A stretch of DNA of 64,000 bases from Promethearchaeota archaeon (GCA_048939765.1 JBHLPF010000008.1:23760-87759); one strand, 5' to 3'. Numbered from the stretch's first letter, positions 49,028-60,300 are shown. The notes: generated from the sequence alone by a model not told the origin. Program-made: numbers and translations.

Positions 49028-50487
49028 TCCTGCACCTCCTTGAAACATAGATTGCCAGGACTCATCACGAGATTGGGGTCGAAGATCGATTTCACTCGCT
49101 TCATCGCTGAGGTGGTTTCATGTGATGAATGTGAAAAGACAGACTCAGCAATAGCTGGAACTGGCCTGCTGAAATATGCCCCCTTGTCCATTAAGAGCCT
49201 GCTACCATTTTGAAAGAGAGCCTCAGCTGCCTGAGATTGAGTTGCATCCTCAGGATCATAGTGGATGTCAAAGAAGCAATGCGTGTTAGTCCCTTGAATT
49301 GTGGGCTGCAGATATACGCCTATGCTATCTCCTGGAAATCCATTCTCTCTTGAAGCATTAAGAAACTCAGAGTATAGGTGACCTGTCAGATCGAGTGTTG
49401 TGAGGAAGAAGACTTCTTTGCAAGCCCCTCTATGCCGGAGCTTCCAGTATTTCTCTGGACAAGGGCATCCTATGATCCTCTCGACTTCTTCGGCGGTAAT
49501 ATTGTCGAGGCTTTCAGCGAGAGACAAATCATTTGCTTCAGCAATATCCAGCGAGTCCGCCACTCTGTAATCAAGCTCTTCTTGAGCAAGTATTCCTCTC
49601 CCAGCGAAGCTAAGAACTAGTATCCATTCAGGTAGACTTCGCTTCATTGCTTCAATCTCTTCCTGAGTCAGATTAATGGCCGACGACAGGCTGAGTGCAT
49701 TCATAATGAAGAGATGGTCGGCAAGCTTTCGCCGAAGCATAGCATAGGTGAAATCGAACAAGTCCTCCAGATTCTCAGACGATGTTAGCATAAGCCGGGT
49801 ATACTTTGGCTTGAATTCACACTTCATTGTAGCCCACGTGACAACGCCTATTGTGCCTTGAGACCCTTGGATTATCCTGTATGGATCGAATTGCGATGGC
49901 CCCATAGGATTCTTTTGAGCTTGCCCTGAGGCCCATTGCTCCTCTAGAGTGCCTGGGCCAGCAGCTGAACCTGTTCTAAACAACTCGCCATTTCCGAAGA
50001 TTGCCTCTGTGCAAAGGAGAGGGTCTGGAGAGTCCCAATGGAACCGCGGAGTTGCGATAGGTTCTTGGTCTAAGGCACTGGCTAAGACTGACTGCGATGA
50101 CTTGGGCAGCAGAGGCATAAGAGGCTGCAGACCATGCTTGTCGAGTTCATGTATCAGTTCACGGAAAGTGACACCAGGTTCAACCATAGTCACTCGGTTT
50201 TTGCTGTCCACTCTGAGAATCCTATTCATTCTCCGAAGGTCAACAACTATGGTGTCCTCGCCTTTGGCAGATGATTGGCCACGCAACCTGGGTGATCCAG
50301 AACTCAGCGGAACTATTGGGACTCTATGTTCATTTGCAAATTGTACAATCTGCTGCACTTGTTCAGTCTTAGTAGGCTTGACAACACATGCTGGATTACC
50401 AGAGTATTCATACATTTCAGCTTGATCTGTGATGATATGGTTCTCTCCAACGATGGCTGCCAATCTATCCATGATTTGCTTGTCCAA
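49024..50487 (-). CDS. FAD-binding oxidoreductase (VAO/PCMH, GlcD-like)
   Basis: VVKP..TEQVQ, DLRRMNRI, VEPGV, GSQGTIG, FDPN..MSPG. Confidence 0.85.
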   Translation of the reverse strand: MDKQIMDRLAAIVGENHIITDQAEMYEYSGNPACVVKPTKTEQVQQIVQFANEHRVPIVPLSSGSPRLRGQSSAKGEDTIVVDLRRMNRILRVDSKNRVTMVEPGVTFRELIHELDKHGLQPLMPLLPKSSQSVLASALDQEPIATPRFHWDSPDPLLCTEAIFGNGELFRTGSAAGPGTLEEQWASGQAQKNPMGPSQFDPYRIIQGSQGTIGVVTWATMKCEFKPKYTRLMLTSSENLEDLFDFTYAMLRRKLADHLFIMNALSLSSAINLTQEEIEAMKRSLPEWILVLSFAGRGILAQEELDYRVADSLDIAEANDLSLAESLDNITAEEVERIIGCPCPEKYWKLRHRGACKEVFFLTTLDLTGHLYSEFLNASRENGFPGDSIGVYLQPTIQGTNTHCFFDIHYDPEDATQSQAAEALFQNGSRLLMDKGAYFSRPVPAIAESVFSHSSHETTSAMKRVKSIFDPNLVMSPGNLCFKEVQE

Positions 50488-50519
50488 TGCTTCTTGGTCC
50501 TCCCTGCATTCTATGTTCT

Positions 50520-50792
50520 CTAACCCCTCTCAAACACGATGCCGGTACCGCCAACAGGATACTGGAAGCCAATCGCTCCATCATCACATACTTGATAGCA
50601 CGCGGCACACTCCAGACATTTCGATTGATAATCATCAACAATGTATACTGATTTTCCTTTCTTCTTCCATAAATTCATGACACAGATAATTAGGCAGCGA
50701 CCGCAGAGAGTACACCTCTCTTTGTCAATGCTGATGAAATCACCTGTGCCAGGCACTCTATTAACGAGTTCTTCAACTCTGATCTTCTTCAT
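50520..50792 (-). CDS. FixX-like ferredoxin
   Basis: CTLCGRCLIIC, CLECAACYQVC, YPVGGTGI.F..G. Confidence 0.85.
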   Translation of the reverse strand: MKKIRVEELVNRVPGTGDFISIDKERCTLCGRCLIICVMNLWKKKGKSVYIVDDYQSKCLECAACYQVCDDGAIGFQYPVGGTGIVFERG

Positions 50793-52198
50793 TCGCTGCC
50801 CTCCTCGTCATATGCGAATGCCTGCGATATTGCGGCCTCAAGCTCAGGCATTGACTCTATGAGCTTCGCAGGGTCTGTAAGGAGGTCCATTTTATCCCCA
50901 AGTATTGCGGATAGCAGAGGCAGAACCTCTTTCAGAATGAAGGGAGCGGCTATTGGGAGATAGTGCTTGATTCTTCTAGCAACTTCTCGTACTCGTTTCG
51001 CATGCGGCTGTGACCAATCAATAATCCCTCCTAGTATCTCCATTAATAATGGCACAAACCAGCTCATGGTCTTCCTTGGACTGAACGGAAGAGCCTTCCA
51101 TATGCTGGCAAGCTCGGGACCAGTTTCAAATTCCTCCCCCACACTGGTTGCCTTCCACTTTGTGTCAAATCGCGATAGAAACTCCTTTGATGTATCGCCC
51201 TCTGATATTGCTTCAGCAGCAGTTTCTATAGCCGCGCGAGCTGTAATCATAGCAGGATAGATTCCTTCGGCTTCAAGCGGACAGGGGAAGCCACCTGCAT
51301 CGCCAATCAATATCACGTTGTCAGTGTGCGTTTCTTTTGGATAGCCCTGCCATGGAAGCAAATGCGCCTGAAACTCACGGGGCTCTGCATCGAGAATTTT
51401 CATTAGCCGCTGGAAGTATTTCAGACTCAGCACCTGATTGAGATAATAGAGCGGGTTCTTATCCCACCATCTCATCCAGTTGCCGAAGCCAATGTGGAAC
51501 CCGTCGTTGAAGAAGACTTGATACGCTGCAGGAAATGTCGCTGACCACCACACAGCAAGTGCCTCGTCACCCATGATGTCATCTATCTTCCCAGGATCCA
51601 CATGAAAATCGTACTGGGCTGTCAATGTGACATTCTCCTGCGCCCATCGTGATCTAAGACCGCTTTCTCGTGCCACAGTTGAAAACGCTCCATCAGCCCC
51701 TATCACGATACCCATGTACTTCTCGCCTTTTTCGTCAATAACTCCGCTCGCCTTTCCATTCTCCTTGATGAGCCCCGTGATGAGAGTGGATGTCTTGAGT
51801 TCTGCCCCAACTTGAGTGGCAAATTGAGCCAACCAAGGATCAAAGTCACTTCGATACACGTTCATTGTGATGAAGCTCTTTGCAGGTTCATATGAGACTG
51901 ACTCGGTAGGCCGGGTCATGACATAGCCCGCAACAATATTGTCAGAGTTTACGAAATAATTACGAGCAGCCGCACCTGCTCGCATAGAGGGGCATGCCTC
52001 AGGCGTCAATTCTTTCATGATGTCAAAGTCAAGCCACATCCGAGGTCCCAAGCCACATCCAGACGAGTTCTTTTCTCCGGGTTTCCTCCCTCTTTCGAAG
52101 AATATGGTCTTGAGGCCCTTTTCAGCGGCTTCCTTTGCCGCTATCGATCCTCCGGGGCCTGCCCCAACAATGACCACGTCGTATTTGTGTACTGCCAC
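50789..52198 (-). CDS. FixC / geranylgeranyl-reductase family FAD oxidoreductase
   Basis: VVIVGAGPGG, ERG..PGEKN, RSDFD, GADG, GDAGG..EGI; GTG start at 52198. Confidence 0.85.
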   Translation of the reverse strand: MAVHKYDVVIVGAGPGGSIAAKEAAEKGLKTIFFERGRKPGEKNSSGCGLGPRMWLDFDIMKELTPEACPSMRAGAAARNYFVNSDNIVAGYVMTRPTESVSYEPAKSFITMNVYRSDFDPWLAQFATQVGAELKTSTLITGLIKENGKASGVIDEKGEKYMGIVIGADGAFSTVARESGLRSRWAQENVTLTAQYDFHVDPGKIDDIMGDEALAVWWSATFPAAYQVFFNDGFHIGFGNWMRWWDKNPLYYLNQVLSLKYFQRLMKILDAEPREFQAHLLPWQGYPKETHTDNVILIGDAGGFPCPLEAEGIYPAMITARAAIETAAEAISEGDTSKEFLSRFDTKWKATSVGEEFETGPELASIWKALPFSPRKTMSWFVPLLMEILGGIIDWSQPHAKRVREVARRIKHYLPIAAPFILKEVLPLLSAILGDKMDLLTDPAKLIESMPELEAAISQAFAYDEEGSE

Positions 52199-52202
52199 AA
52201 TC

Positions 52203-52718
52203 TCACCCTTTTCTCTTCTTCCGACTCTCGTCGTCAATCAATCGCAGTTCCTTTCTGATCACGCCCACCCTGTTTAGGAGAACTCTCTTTCTCAGTTCCA
52301 GGAGCTCCCTCTGAACCTCGAGGTCGGGAATGCTCCTAATTGCATCAATGATTGTTCTCTGAGGAACAATGTCCTCAATCCCCAATTCCTGCAAGCTAAC
52401 CAGCAAATCCATCATGAATTCTGCTGGAAGTTTCTCCGCTGCCACGGTCATGAACTGATAATTGAACAGCACATACTCCTTTACGAACTCTCTTGTGTCA
52501 CGTACGTAATCAAGCCCCTTCTTTGTTAGGTTATAATATGTGGTTTCCTCGACGGTCTTCTCCGAGATGAAGTCCTTTTTCACTAGTGACTTGAGCGCCG
52601 GATAGAGTGTACCTGTCTTTGGGACCCATACTCCTTCAAACGTGTCACGGAGATTAGTCAGGATCTCATATCCATACTTGGGCCCTTCAAGGAGCTGGAT
52701 GAAAATAAGAAGTTGCAT
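52203..52718 (-). CDS. PadR-family transcription regulator
   Basis: GPKYGYEI, GTLYPALKSL, YNLT.KG; may start at ATT 52763. Confidence 0.9.
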   Translation of the reverse strand: MQLLIFIQLLEGPKYGYEILTNLRDTFEGVWVPKTGTLYPALKSLVKKDFISEKTVEETTYYNLTKKGLDYVRDTREFVKEYVLFNYQFMTVAAEKLPAEFMMDLLVSLQELGIEDIVPQRTIIDAIRSIPDLEVQRELLELRKRVLLNRVGVIRKELRLIDDESRKKRKG

Positions 52719-52781
52719 TGGCGTGAGCTTTCCGCCTGTAGGTAGGAAAGGCCTGATGCTAATCCTTCAACACCTCAGTAG

Positions 52782-52808
52782 GTAGTGTCCTACTACGTAG
52801 AATTCTAC
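52782..52808. promoter_or_regulatory. Tandem GTAG-N4-CTAC palindromes, candidate PadR operator
   Basis: GTAGtgtcCTAC at 52782-93 and GTAGaattCTAC at 52797-808, between a TTATAT box and the SD. Confidence 0.6.
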
Positions 52809-52829
52809 TTAGATATAAGTGTGCTGGCA

Positions 52830-54026
52830 CTATGCGGTCGCCGATTTGGAACGTCTTCTCAAGAAGTTCCTCAGCTTGCTCTTGAAGTAGTAGAAACGAG
52901 AAAATTGGACACTTGCACCATCCTCCCAAGATTCCTCAGCTCCAATCCATGTCCCGTTTGGTTTAATCATCTTTGTTGCCAGTATTCCAATGATTAGGAC
53001 AGCGGGTATTGGAATTGGATAGGCGTAGTTGTCCCCAGATATTGGAATTGCAGCGGCCACAATATGATACATGAGCGGAGCAAGCATGCTTAGTATCCCT
53101 AGCTGAATAACTCGCTTCTGAGATGTCATACCCCGAAGAAACCTTAGGACATGAAAAGCAAAGACAATATGTAAAGCGCTCACTACGAGAACACTCACAA
53201 TATCAAGCACCTGATATACATCTAAGGATATTATCAACCAGTTATTCGGATTCCCTGGCAAGGGAATCCCAACTCCACCATCCAGTCCGAAGATGTATAG
53301 CGGTGATTCATAGCGAAAGGAGAATGAATTGAAGTCGTAGAGCCGGATAATCACCATAAATGGGATCAAAAATGTCATCAATCCCCATGCATAGCCTGCA
53401 AGTGAGTATCTGCTTAGCCAAGGAAATCTGGTTCTAGGGACTTTCCTTTCTTCTGGAAATCTTTCTTCGCGCCAAAGGAAGGCTTCTCGGGAGAATAGAG
53501 GCAGGAGAATAAGGATGATGATAGCCATCGTTCCCAAGTTCAAAAGACTCCTAGAAGGAATTGACTCAATGGCCCAGGGAAAGTTGAAGAGGGGATAGGC
53601 TTCAACAAACCAGAGTGTGAGAAGAATGGTGGCGAGAATGGCTGTCAGACCAAGCCTCAGAAGTGGTGCATTAGCTGGACGATTTCTCAACTTGCGATTT
53701 AGATAGATGGCTGGAAGCAATATGATAATCGCTGAGATTAGGGTGATGGGCTCGATGAACTGAGATTCTATGGTCAAGATGTCAAAACCCCCAGCATCCT
53801 GCCATATGGAATAATACATGAAGACAGAGTTTATTGAAGAATAGTAGTATGGCACAGCCGCCCTGAATTCCTCCCTATAGTGAATCTCAGATGGAACGAA
53901 TAGTAGAATACAGACTATAATCAGGAGCTTCAACCAGAAACCATATGAAATTGAGATCTTTTTCGGTAGATGTGACTCCGTTCCTTCGGGCAACAAGAGC
54001 TGTTCCTTCGTGCTGATGTTAGGCAT
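52830..54026 (-). CDS. Multi-pass membrane protein; paralogue of 25726-26973
   Basis: Hydrophobic segments and shared motifs. Confidence 0.7.
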   Translation of the reverse strand: MPNISTKEQLLLPEGTESHLPKKISISYGFWLKLLIIVCILLFVPSEIHYREEFRAAVPYYYSSINSVFMYYSIWQDAGGFDILTIESQFIEPITLISAIIILLPAIYLNRKLRNRPANAPLLRLGLTAILATILLTLWFVEAYPLFNFPWAIESIPSRSLLNLGTMAIIILILLPLFSREAFLWREERFPEERKVPRTRFPWLSRYSLAGYAWGLMTFLIPFMVIIRLYDFNSFSFRYESPLYIFGLDGGVGIPLPGNPNNWLIISLDVYQVLDIVSVLVVSALHIVFAFHVLRFLRGMTSQKRVIQLGILSMLAPLMYHIVAAAIPISGDNYAYPIPIPAVLIIGILATKMIKPNGTWIGAEESWEDGASVQFSRFYYFKSKLRNFLRRRSKSATA

Positions 54027-54118
54027 GCCTTTTGTTCAACCGTAGATTATAGCGATGCTGTAGGCATAAAGGAATCGGTAGTTCTCTTCTAGTCGGTTAT
54101 CATCCATTCTTGGATGAT

Positions 54119-57100
54119 TCACATTACCTTTAGAGGATCCACCTCCAGCTCCTCTTCCTCTGACCACTCTTCACTCGCAGGAAGAACCTCAATACCGAGC
54201 ATATTCAATCTCGCCATAGTCTTCTGCAGAAGGTCTCTGCTATCGATGTCTGATAGGAGGTGTGCGTAATTGCAGAGAGTTCTTGTCAGTTCATGCTGAT
54301 GAGCCATTGGTGATTGTAATACTAGATCTTCTCCGATTTTGATTGCTTCCTGATAGAGATCCTTTGCATTCGACGTGTGGTCAGTCTGTTTGAGAAGGAT
54401 AGCGAGGTTGCTGAGTGTCATCATGACACTAGACTGGTACAATTCTGGCGACTTTTTGGCGAGTTCTCTACGCAGCTCGAGTGCCTCTCTAAATGCATCT
54501 TCGGCCTCCGAGATCTTGCCCGTTTCGAACAATAGTATACCAAGATTGTTGAGGGTAGTAGCGACTCGGTGCAGAAAGAGCTCAGGAGACTTCTGAGCAA
54601 GTTGTTTCCTGAGTTCCAAAGCCTCCTGAATGTATTTCTTCGCCTCCGATATTTCCCCAGTGTGTCTGAGAAGAACGGCGAAATTGTTGAGGATGGTGGC
54701 TAATAGGTCAGTCAGATAGACAGCCTCTGGAGCCTCGAAGGCAATCCCCCTTGCGATATCAAGTGATTCTTGATAGGCCTCTTGAGCCTCTGAGATTCTG
54801 CCAGTTTGTCTGAGAATTACAGCGAAATTGTTGAGATTCCAAGCCATCGGCATCAGATATACGCCTGGAGAGTTGGCGACAAGTTCTCTATGTATGCTGA
54901 GAGCCTCGCGACATGATCCTTCAGCCTCTGAGGCCAGATTAGTCCGCTTGAGTAGAACTGCATAATCACAGAGAGTTGAAGCTAGGAATGGCAAGAATAC
55001 ATCAGGAATCTCCTCAGCAAGTTTTCTTGACATCACTAGCGCCTCTCGATACTTTTCTTCAGCCTCGTCGAGTCTACCAATATTAGATAGGGTGAGTGCC
55101 AGCGTAATTAGTCCTATTAGCAGAGGTTCCCGCCACGCCTCAGGTTCCTTCTTGTCAAATTCGCTTGTCAGCTGGTTTGCTTCTCTGATCAGATCGATTG
55201 CTTCATACGGTCTGCCCTTCCTACTCATGAGTTCACCAAGGTCCTTGCAGTACATTGCCACACTCACCTCAAACTCTGGTCGTTCTTTGCTTATCGTTCT
55301 GGAGAATTCTAGGCCGGCTCGGAGATTCTCCTCCGCTTCTGAAACCTTGCCCACAAAGACTTGTACCATGCTGAGAAAGCGAAGTGAAGGTATAATGCCT
55401 CTTGCAGGAATGTAGGATGCTGTGGCTTTGGATCTCTCGAAAAGCTCATACGCTTCTCGAATGGCCATCTCGGCTTCTTCTAGTCTACTAACCTGAATCA
55501 GAAAGACACCAAGCCATAGAACGGCTCGTGCCATGTATTCTATCCGGAAACTCAGAGTCTTCTCGTCAAGTTTCTTGTAGATGTTGACAGACTTTTGGAG
55601 AGTATCTATTGCCTCCGAGGTTCTTTGCGTCCTATTAAGCAGGCCGCCATAGGCACGTAGTGTTTGTGCCTCATGCACCAATAGTTCATCTGGGATCTTC
55701 TCTCCGGACTCTCCGAATATCTCAATGGCAGTGAGAAGAGAATGTTCTCCGTCTGCCAATCTGTTCAACCATGTCAGAACGTCTCCTCTCAGTCCCTGCA
55801 CAATCGCGTAGCCTTCCCTTGTGGTGATTGCAACTGCATCCAGAAACACTAGAGTGTCTGAATAGGCTAAATTCCATAATAGGTCGAAGACAATGGAAGC
55901 GGCTCTTGCCATGGCCTCTTTTTCCGACGCAAGTGCTTGAACAGAAACCGCTAATCCAAGCAGTCTAAAATCCCCTTCTTCATTGCATTTCTTCTCAAGA
56001 AGATCTGACACCTCATCTACCAAATTGCCAAGATTATCGCCAAGCTCCGCACGAACCAAATCCTCTGCAAGGTCGTGTAGGACGAATGAACCATCGCTAC
56101 GCAGTTTTGTGAAGCTTAAACTTCTCAGACGATCCCAGCCATCCAAAGTCATCTCTGGAGCAATGACGCGCATGATACGTTCATCGAAATAAGGAAGTAT
56201 ACCAGCACGGTTAATCAGACTCTGCAGTCCCTTAGCTTGGCTGAATAGTCTTCTCCATACCCTCAATCGAACCTCTGCTAGCGTATCAGCTCGAAGACCC
56301 TCTATGTCTGAAATAGAAACCTCGCTTGTGTTAATCATGTCACAGATTGCATCGATGACGAAAGGATTTCCACCACTGACACTCACAATCCGTTCTTGGA
56401 GCTGTTTATCAGTGGTGTCTTGTAGCTCAAGCATCTCGAAGCAACTATCCTTGTCCAGCTCCAAGAGTTCAGATTCCTCAACATTGATCAGTTTGCTAAC
56501 AGAAGCTGCCCGTCTACTAGCTAACACGCCAACGCAATTTGCTAGGTTGCAAAGGAAGATGGTCCAGAGCTGTGTTTCGTTTATCTTTGTTCTTTGATAC
56601 TTCCATTGAGCTTTGGTATCATCAACATACTCAAAGTGATCCAGTAGGAAGAGGATTGGAGCATTGGAATCACTTCGGTTATTGATATCCTCCAGAAAAG
56701 CCTCTAAATACAAGAATTCAGCACGACTTGGATCTTTCCAGAGGATATTGAGAAGTTGTTCGATGTGGTTCTTGCCAAGCGTTTCTTGGAGCCACTTTCC
56801 AACCGTACTATACTTACCCTTCAGTTTGGGGGCGACCTGGGAACTAACCGCATTTATCGCACTCCCGATACTTGCAAGAGACCCTATGAAAGGGATTGCC
56901 ATGACAACTTCCTTTGCCCATTGACGCCCTTCTTCTTTGACTGGTTCCACACCTTCAACGAAACGTTGGCGAATCTGCCAAAGGATGTCAAACCTATCGA
57001 GTTTGACTCCCAGCTGGACCGCTCCTTTAGCGAGAATGTTCAGGCGTTGATAGAACTCGGTGTATTGTTCGCAATCCAGACGAATGGTCTTCTCATGTGT

Positions 57101-57265
57101 GTTGACCCAGTGATTTAGGAGTGATGACTTCCCGATACCACCAATCCCTTTTAGGTGGAGCACGACACTCTTCTTCTTGCATCTCTCAAGAGCCTTGTTC
57201 ATCCATTCGATATGCTCCTCTCTGTCCACGAATACGTTATCGGATGTTTCGTAGTGCTTGTACAC
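54119..57265 (-). CDS. STAND-like P-loop NTPase + TPR protein
   Basis: GIGGIGKS, LFLLDHFE, SGGNP, LHDL, then TLNNLG-type TPR repeats. Confidence 0.85.
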   Translation of the reverse strand: MYKHYETSDNVFVDREEHIEWMNKALERCKKKSVVLHLKGIGGIGKSSLLNHWVNTHEKTIRLDCEQYTEFYQRLNILAKGAVQLGVKLDRFDILWQIRQRFVEGVEPVKEEGRQWAKEVVMAIPFIGSLASIGSAINAVSSQVAPKLKGKYSTVGKWLQETLGKNHIEQLLNILWKDPSRAEFLYLEAFLEDINNRSDSNAPILFLLDHFEYVDDTKAQWKYQRTKINETQLWTIFLCNLANCVGVLASRRAASVSKLINVEESELLELDKDSCFEMLELQDTTDKQLQERIVSVSGGNPFVIDAICDMINTSEVSISDIEGLRADTLAEVRLRVWRRLFSQAKGLQSLINRAGILPYFDERIMRVIAPEMTLDGWDRLRSLSFTKLRSDGSFVLHDLAEDLVRAELGDNLGNLVDEVSDLLEKKCNEEGDFRLLGLAVSVQALASEKEAMARAASIVFDLLWNLAYSDTLVFLDAVAITTREGYAIVQGLRGDVLTWLNRLADGEHSLLTAIEIFGESGEKIPDELLVHEAQTLRAYGGLLNRTQRTSEAIDTLQKSVNIYKKLDEKTLSFRIEYMARAVLWLGVFLIQVSRLEEAEMAIREAYELFERSKATASYIPARGIIPSLRFLSMVQVFVGKVSEAEENLRAGLEFSRTISKERPEFEVSVAMYCKDLGELMSRKGRPYEAIDLIREANQLTSEFDKKEPEAWREPLLIGLITLALTLSNIGRLDEAEEKYREALVMSRKLAEEIPDVFLPFLASTLCDYAVLLKRTNLASEAEGSCREALSIHRELVANSPGVYLMPMAWNLNNFAVILRQTGRISEAQEAYQESLDIARGIAFEAPEAVYLTDLLATILNNFAVLLRHTGEISEAKKYIQEALELRKQLAQKSPELFLHRVATTLNNLGILLFETGKISEAEDAFREALELRRELAKKSPELYQSSVMMTLSNLAILLKQTDHTSNAKDLYQEAIKIGEDLVLQSPMAHQHELTRTLCNYAHLLSDIDSRDLLQKTMARLNMLGIEVLPASEEWSEEEELEVDPLKVM

Positions 57266-57331
57266 ACTCCTAACCTCACACGCAATGGACTGAATAAGCT
57301 AGGGTATCAAATAAGCTCGATGGTGCTTTGG

Positions 57332-60300
57332 CTAGTACCCCTGTAGATACTCCATATTCTCTGACCACGTTTCTTCGGTAGCAGGGTCCCTAATCCCTAA
57401 TTCTCTGAGCTTGGCATCAACTCTCTCAACACCAGACGAATCCTCAATGGTCGAATAGAGAACGCGTAGATTGCCTAGAATCAAAATTAGTTGCGATCGG
57501 TGAACTCTCGGTGCAGCTTGAGCAAAGCTCTCAATGATGCTGAGAGCTTCAGTGTGGGCCTTCTCGGAATCATCAGCTTTGCCAGTTCTTCTGTAGTATA
57601 TGCCTAGATTGTTGAGGGCAGATGCAACTCTCGGAAGGAAAAACTTCTCAGCTTTCCCAACATAGTCTCTGCGAATCTTTAGTGCTTCCTTGAATTGGGA
57701 CTCGGCCTCTGACATTCGATTCGTTTCACTCAGAAGAACACCAGTATTCATCAAAGTGGTAGCGATATGCGGAAGAAACATCTCAGGAGATAGAGATGCT
57801 CTCTCGTTTAGCATAGCGCTAGCTTCATTGAACACCATCTCGGCGTCTTCCAGCTGACTAGTCCTCAAGTAGAAGGCTCCCAGGTTATTGGCTACAATTC
57901 CATAAACCTCTGCCAATGAAACGGCCTCCGGATACTTGAGAGAAATATCTCTAGCATTGTTATACGCCTCTTGAAGCGATTCCAATGCCTTGGTGGGCTT
58001 CCCTAGATGCGAATAGATAACGCCGATGTTGCTTTGCACGGCTGCCAACTTTTCTGTATATGCTTCAGGGTAAGTTTCCGCAAGTTCTACAAGCATACTT
58101 AGTGATTCATGGATTGCGGATTCTGCCTCATGCATTCTTTCTGATAATGCCAAAAAAACTGCAAAGTTGCGTAGTGAATTAGATAGAATTCCAGAAATTG
58201 ATGTCTTTTCTTCATACAGCTTTCTAAATGCTGGAATTATCTCATTGAAGATCTTCTCTGCTTTCTTGTATTGCCCGTTCTTCATATATGGGACCGGCAA
58301 TAGGCGAATATTCATGATTATCGTACTATCATGCTCAGAATCCTTCCAGGCAAGACCTTCAATCACATTGAACCGCTTCTTTCCAGCTTCTAATTCATCT
58401 TCATATCTATGCTGAAGGCTCAAAGCCATTGCGAGTCGGTCAAGTGCTAAATCCTCTACGACTTTTTCTTCACAGGCCTCAAGAATCTCTATTAGTAACT
58501 TCTCTGCTTCAAGATACTTTCCTGACATAAGGAGAACTTGGGCAAGAAAGCTTTGCGAATAGTAAACAAATGATTTCCCTTCTTGCGTATTGGAAGTATA
58601 GTGAATATCATTTGAGTGGAGTTCAGCCAGTTCTATAGCCCTTCTGATGGAATCCTCGGCTTCCTTCAAACGGTACAATGACAGAAGCAGGTTTCCCATA
58701 TCATTGTACGTGCCGTGAATCCAATGTTCCTTCACGTATCGTTTCTTGTCATCAGCTAGATTGAGATTGTTGAGAATCTCCAGAGCCTTTTGAAAAGATT
58801 CCTCTGATTTGTACATCTGGTCGGCGTTCTGGTAGAAACGAGCATGAAACCAATGCATCATTCCAAGATGCAGTGCGCTTTCAGGAGGCCCCCTTTGAGC
58901 AAGCTCCTTAGCCATTCCTAGAGCCTTTCGAATCTCATCTTCTGCTTCAGCATGTCTATATATACAAGAGTAGACATAACCTATCCACGAGATTTTTTTG
59001 ATCAAAACGACTTCTGATGTAGTTTCGATGGCCCTCAGGAATTTCATTGTATCCGATACATCCCATTGAAAAAGAAGACTGTTAACGGTGTTATCGATTC
59101 TTATCTCAGTATCAATCTCATCAGCAAGAGCATAAACTGACATAGCTAAACCTAGAAGTTCGTGATCAGCTTCCGCCCATCCGGCGTCTTCTAGAAACTT
59201 GCCTACCTGAAACGCCAGGCTACTCAGTTTCTCTCCGAGTTCAGCTATTACGAGATCTTCAGCAAGTTCGTGAAGGACCCAGGTCTTGTCATCTCGCTCC
59301 CTGACGAAACTCAATCGCTTGAGTCGATCCCAGATATCTGGAGTCATTTCTGGAGCAACTATCCCCATAATCCTATCATCGAAATGCGGAACTATTCCTG
59401 CACGATTAATGAAACTAGACAACCCTGCAGCATGACTGAATAGACGCCTCCAAACCTTCAATCGAACCTCTGCGAGGTTGTCAGCTCGGAGACTTTCGAT
59501 GTCAGATACTGACACATCGCTGGTGTTTATCATATCACAGATAGCATCAATCACGAAGGGATTTCCTCCGCTGACGCTCACAATTCTTTCCTGAAGCCTC
59601 TCATCAGTGACATCTTGAAACTCGAGCATTTCGATGCAGCTTTCTCTATTCAACTCCAAAAGCTCGGTTTCCTCAACTTCTACGGGCTTAACTTTTGCCG
59701 CTGACTTTCTGCTTGCTAATACACCTACGCAATTTGAGAGGTTAGAGAGGAATATGGTCCAGAGCTCTGATTCATTAATTCTGCTCTTCTTATACTTCCA
59801 TAAGGTATTCTCATCATCCACATGCTCAAAATGATCAAAGAGGAAAAGCAGCGGACTACTTGAATTATCTCTAGTATTGATATCCTCCAAAAATGCAGAA
59901 AGGTACAAGAATTCTGCTCGACGAGGTTCTTTCCAAAGAATCTCTAGAAGCATTTCAACGTGATTCTGGCCAAGTTGTTCCTGAAGCCATTTCCCCACTG
60001 TGCCGTATTTCCCTTTCAGCTTCGGAGTGACCTTTGAGCCGACTGCAGTTATTGCGCTGCCTATGGATGCTAAAGAACCTATGAATGGAATAGCCATAAC
60101 CACTTCTTTTGCCCAGGCTCTTCCTTCTTCTCTAACAGGTTCAACTCCTTCAACAAAACGTTGACGTATCTGCCAAAGGATGTCGAATCTTTGCAGCTTG
60201 ACTCCTTGGAGCACTGCTCCTTTTGCCAGAATATTCAAACGCTGAAAGAAGTCTGAATACTGATAACAATCCAATCGAATTGACTTTTCATGAGTGTTGA

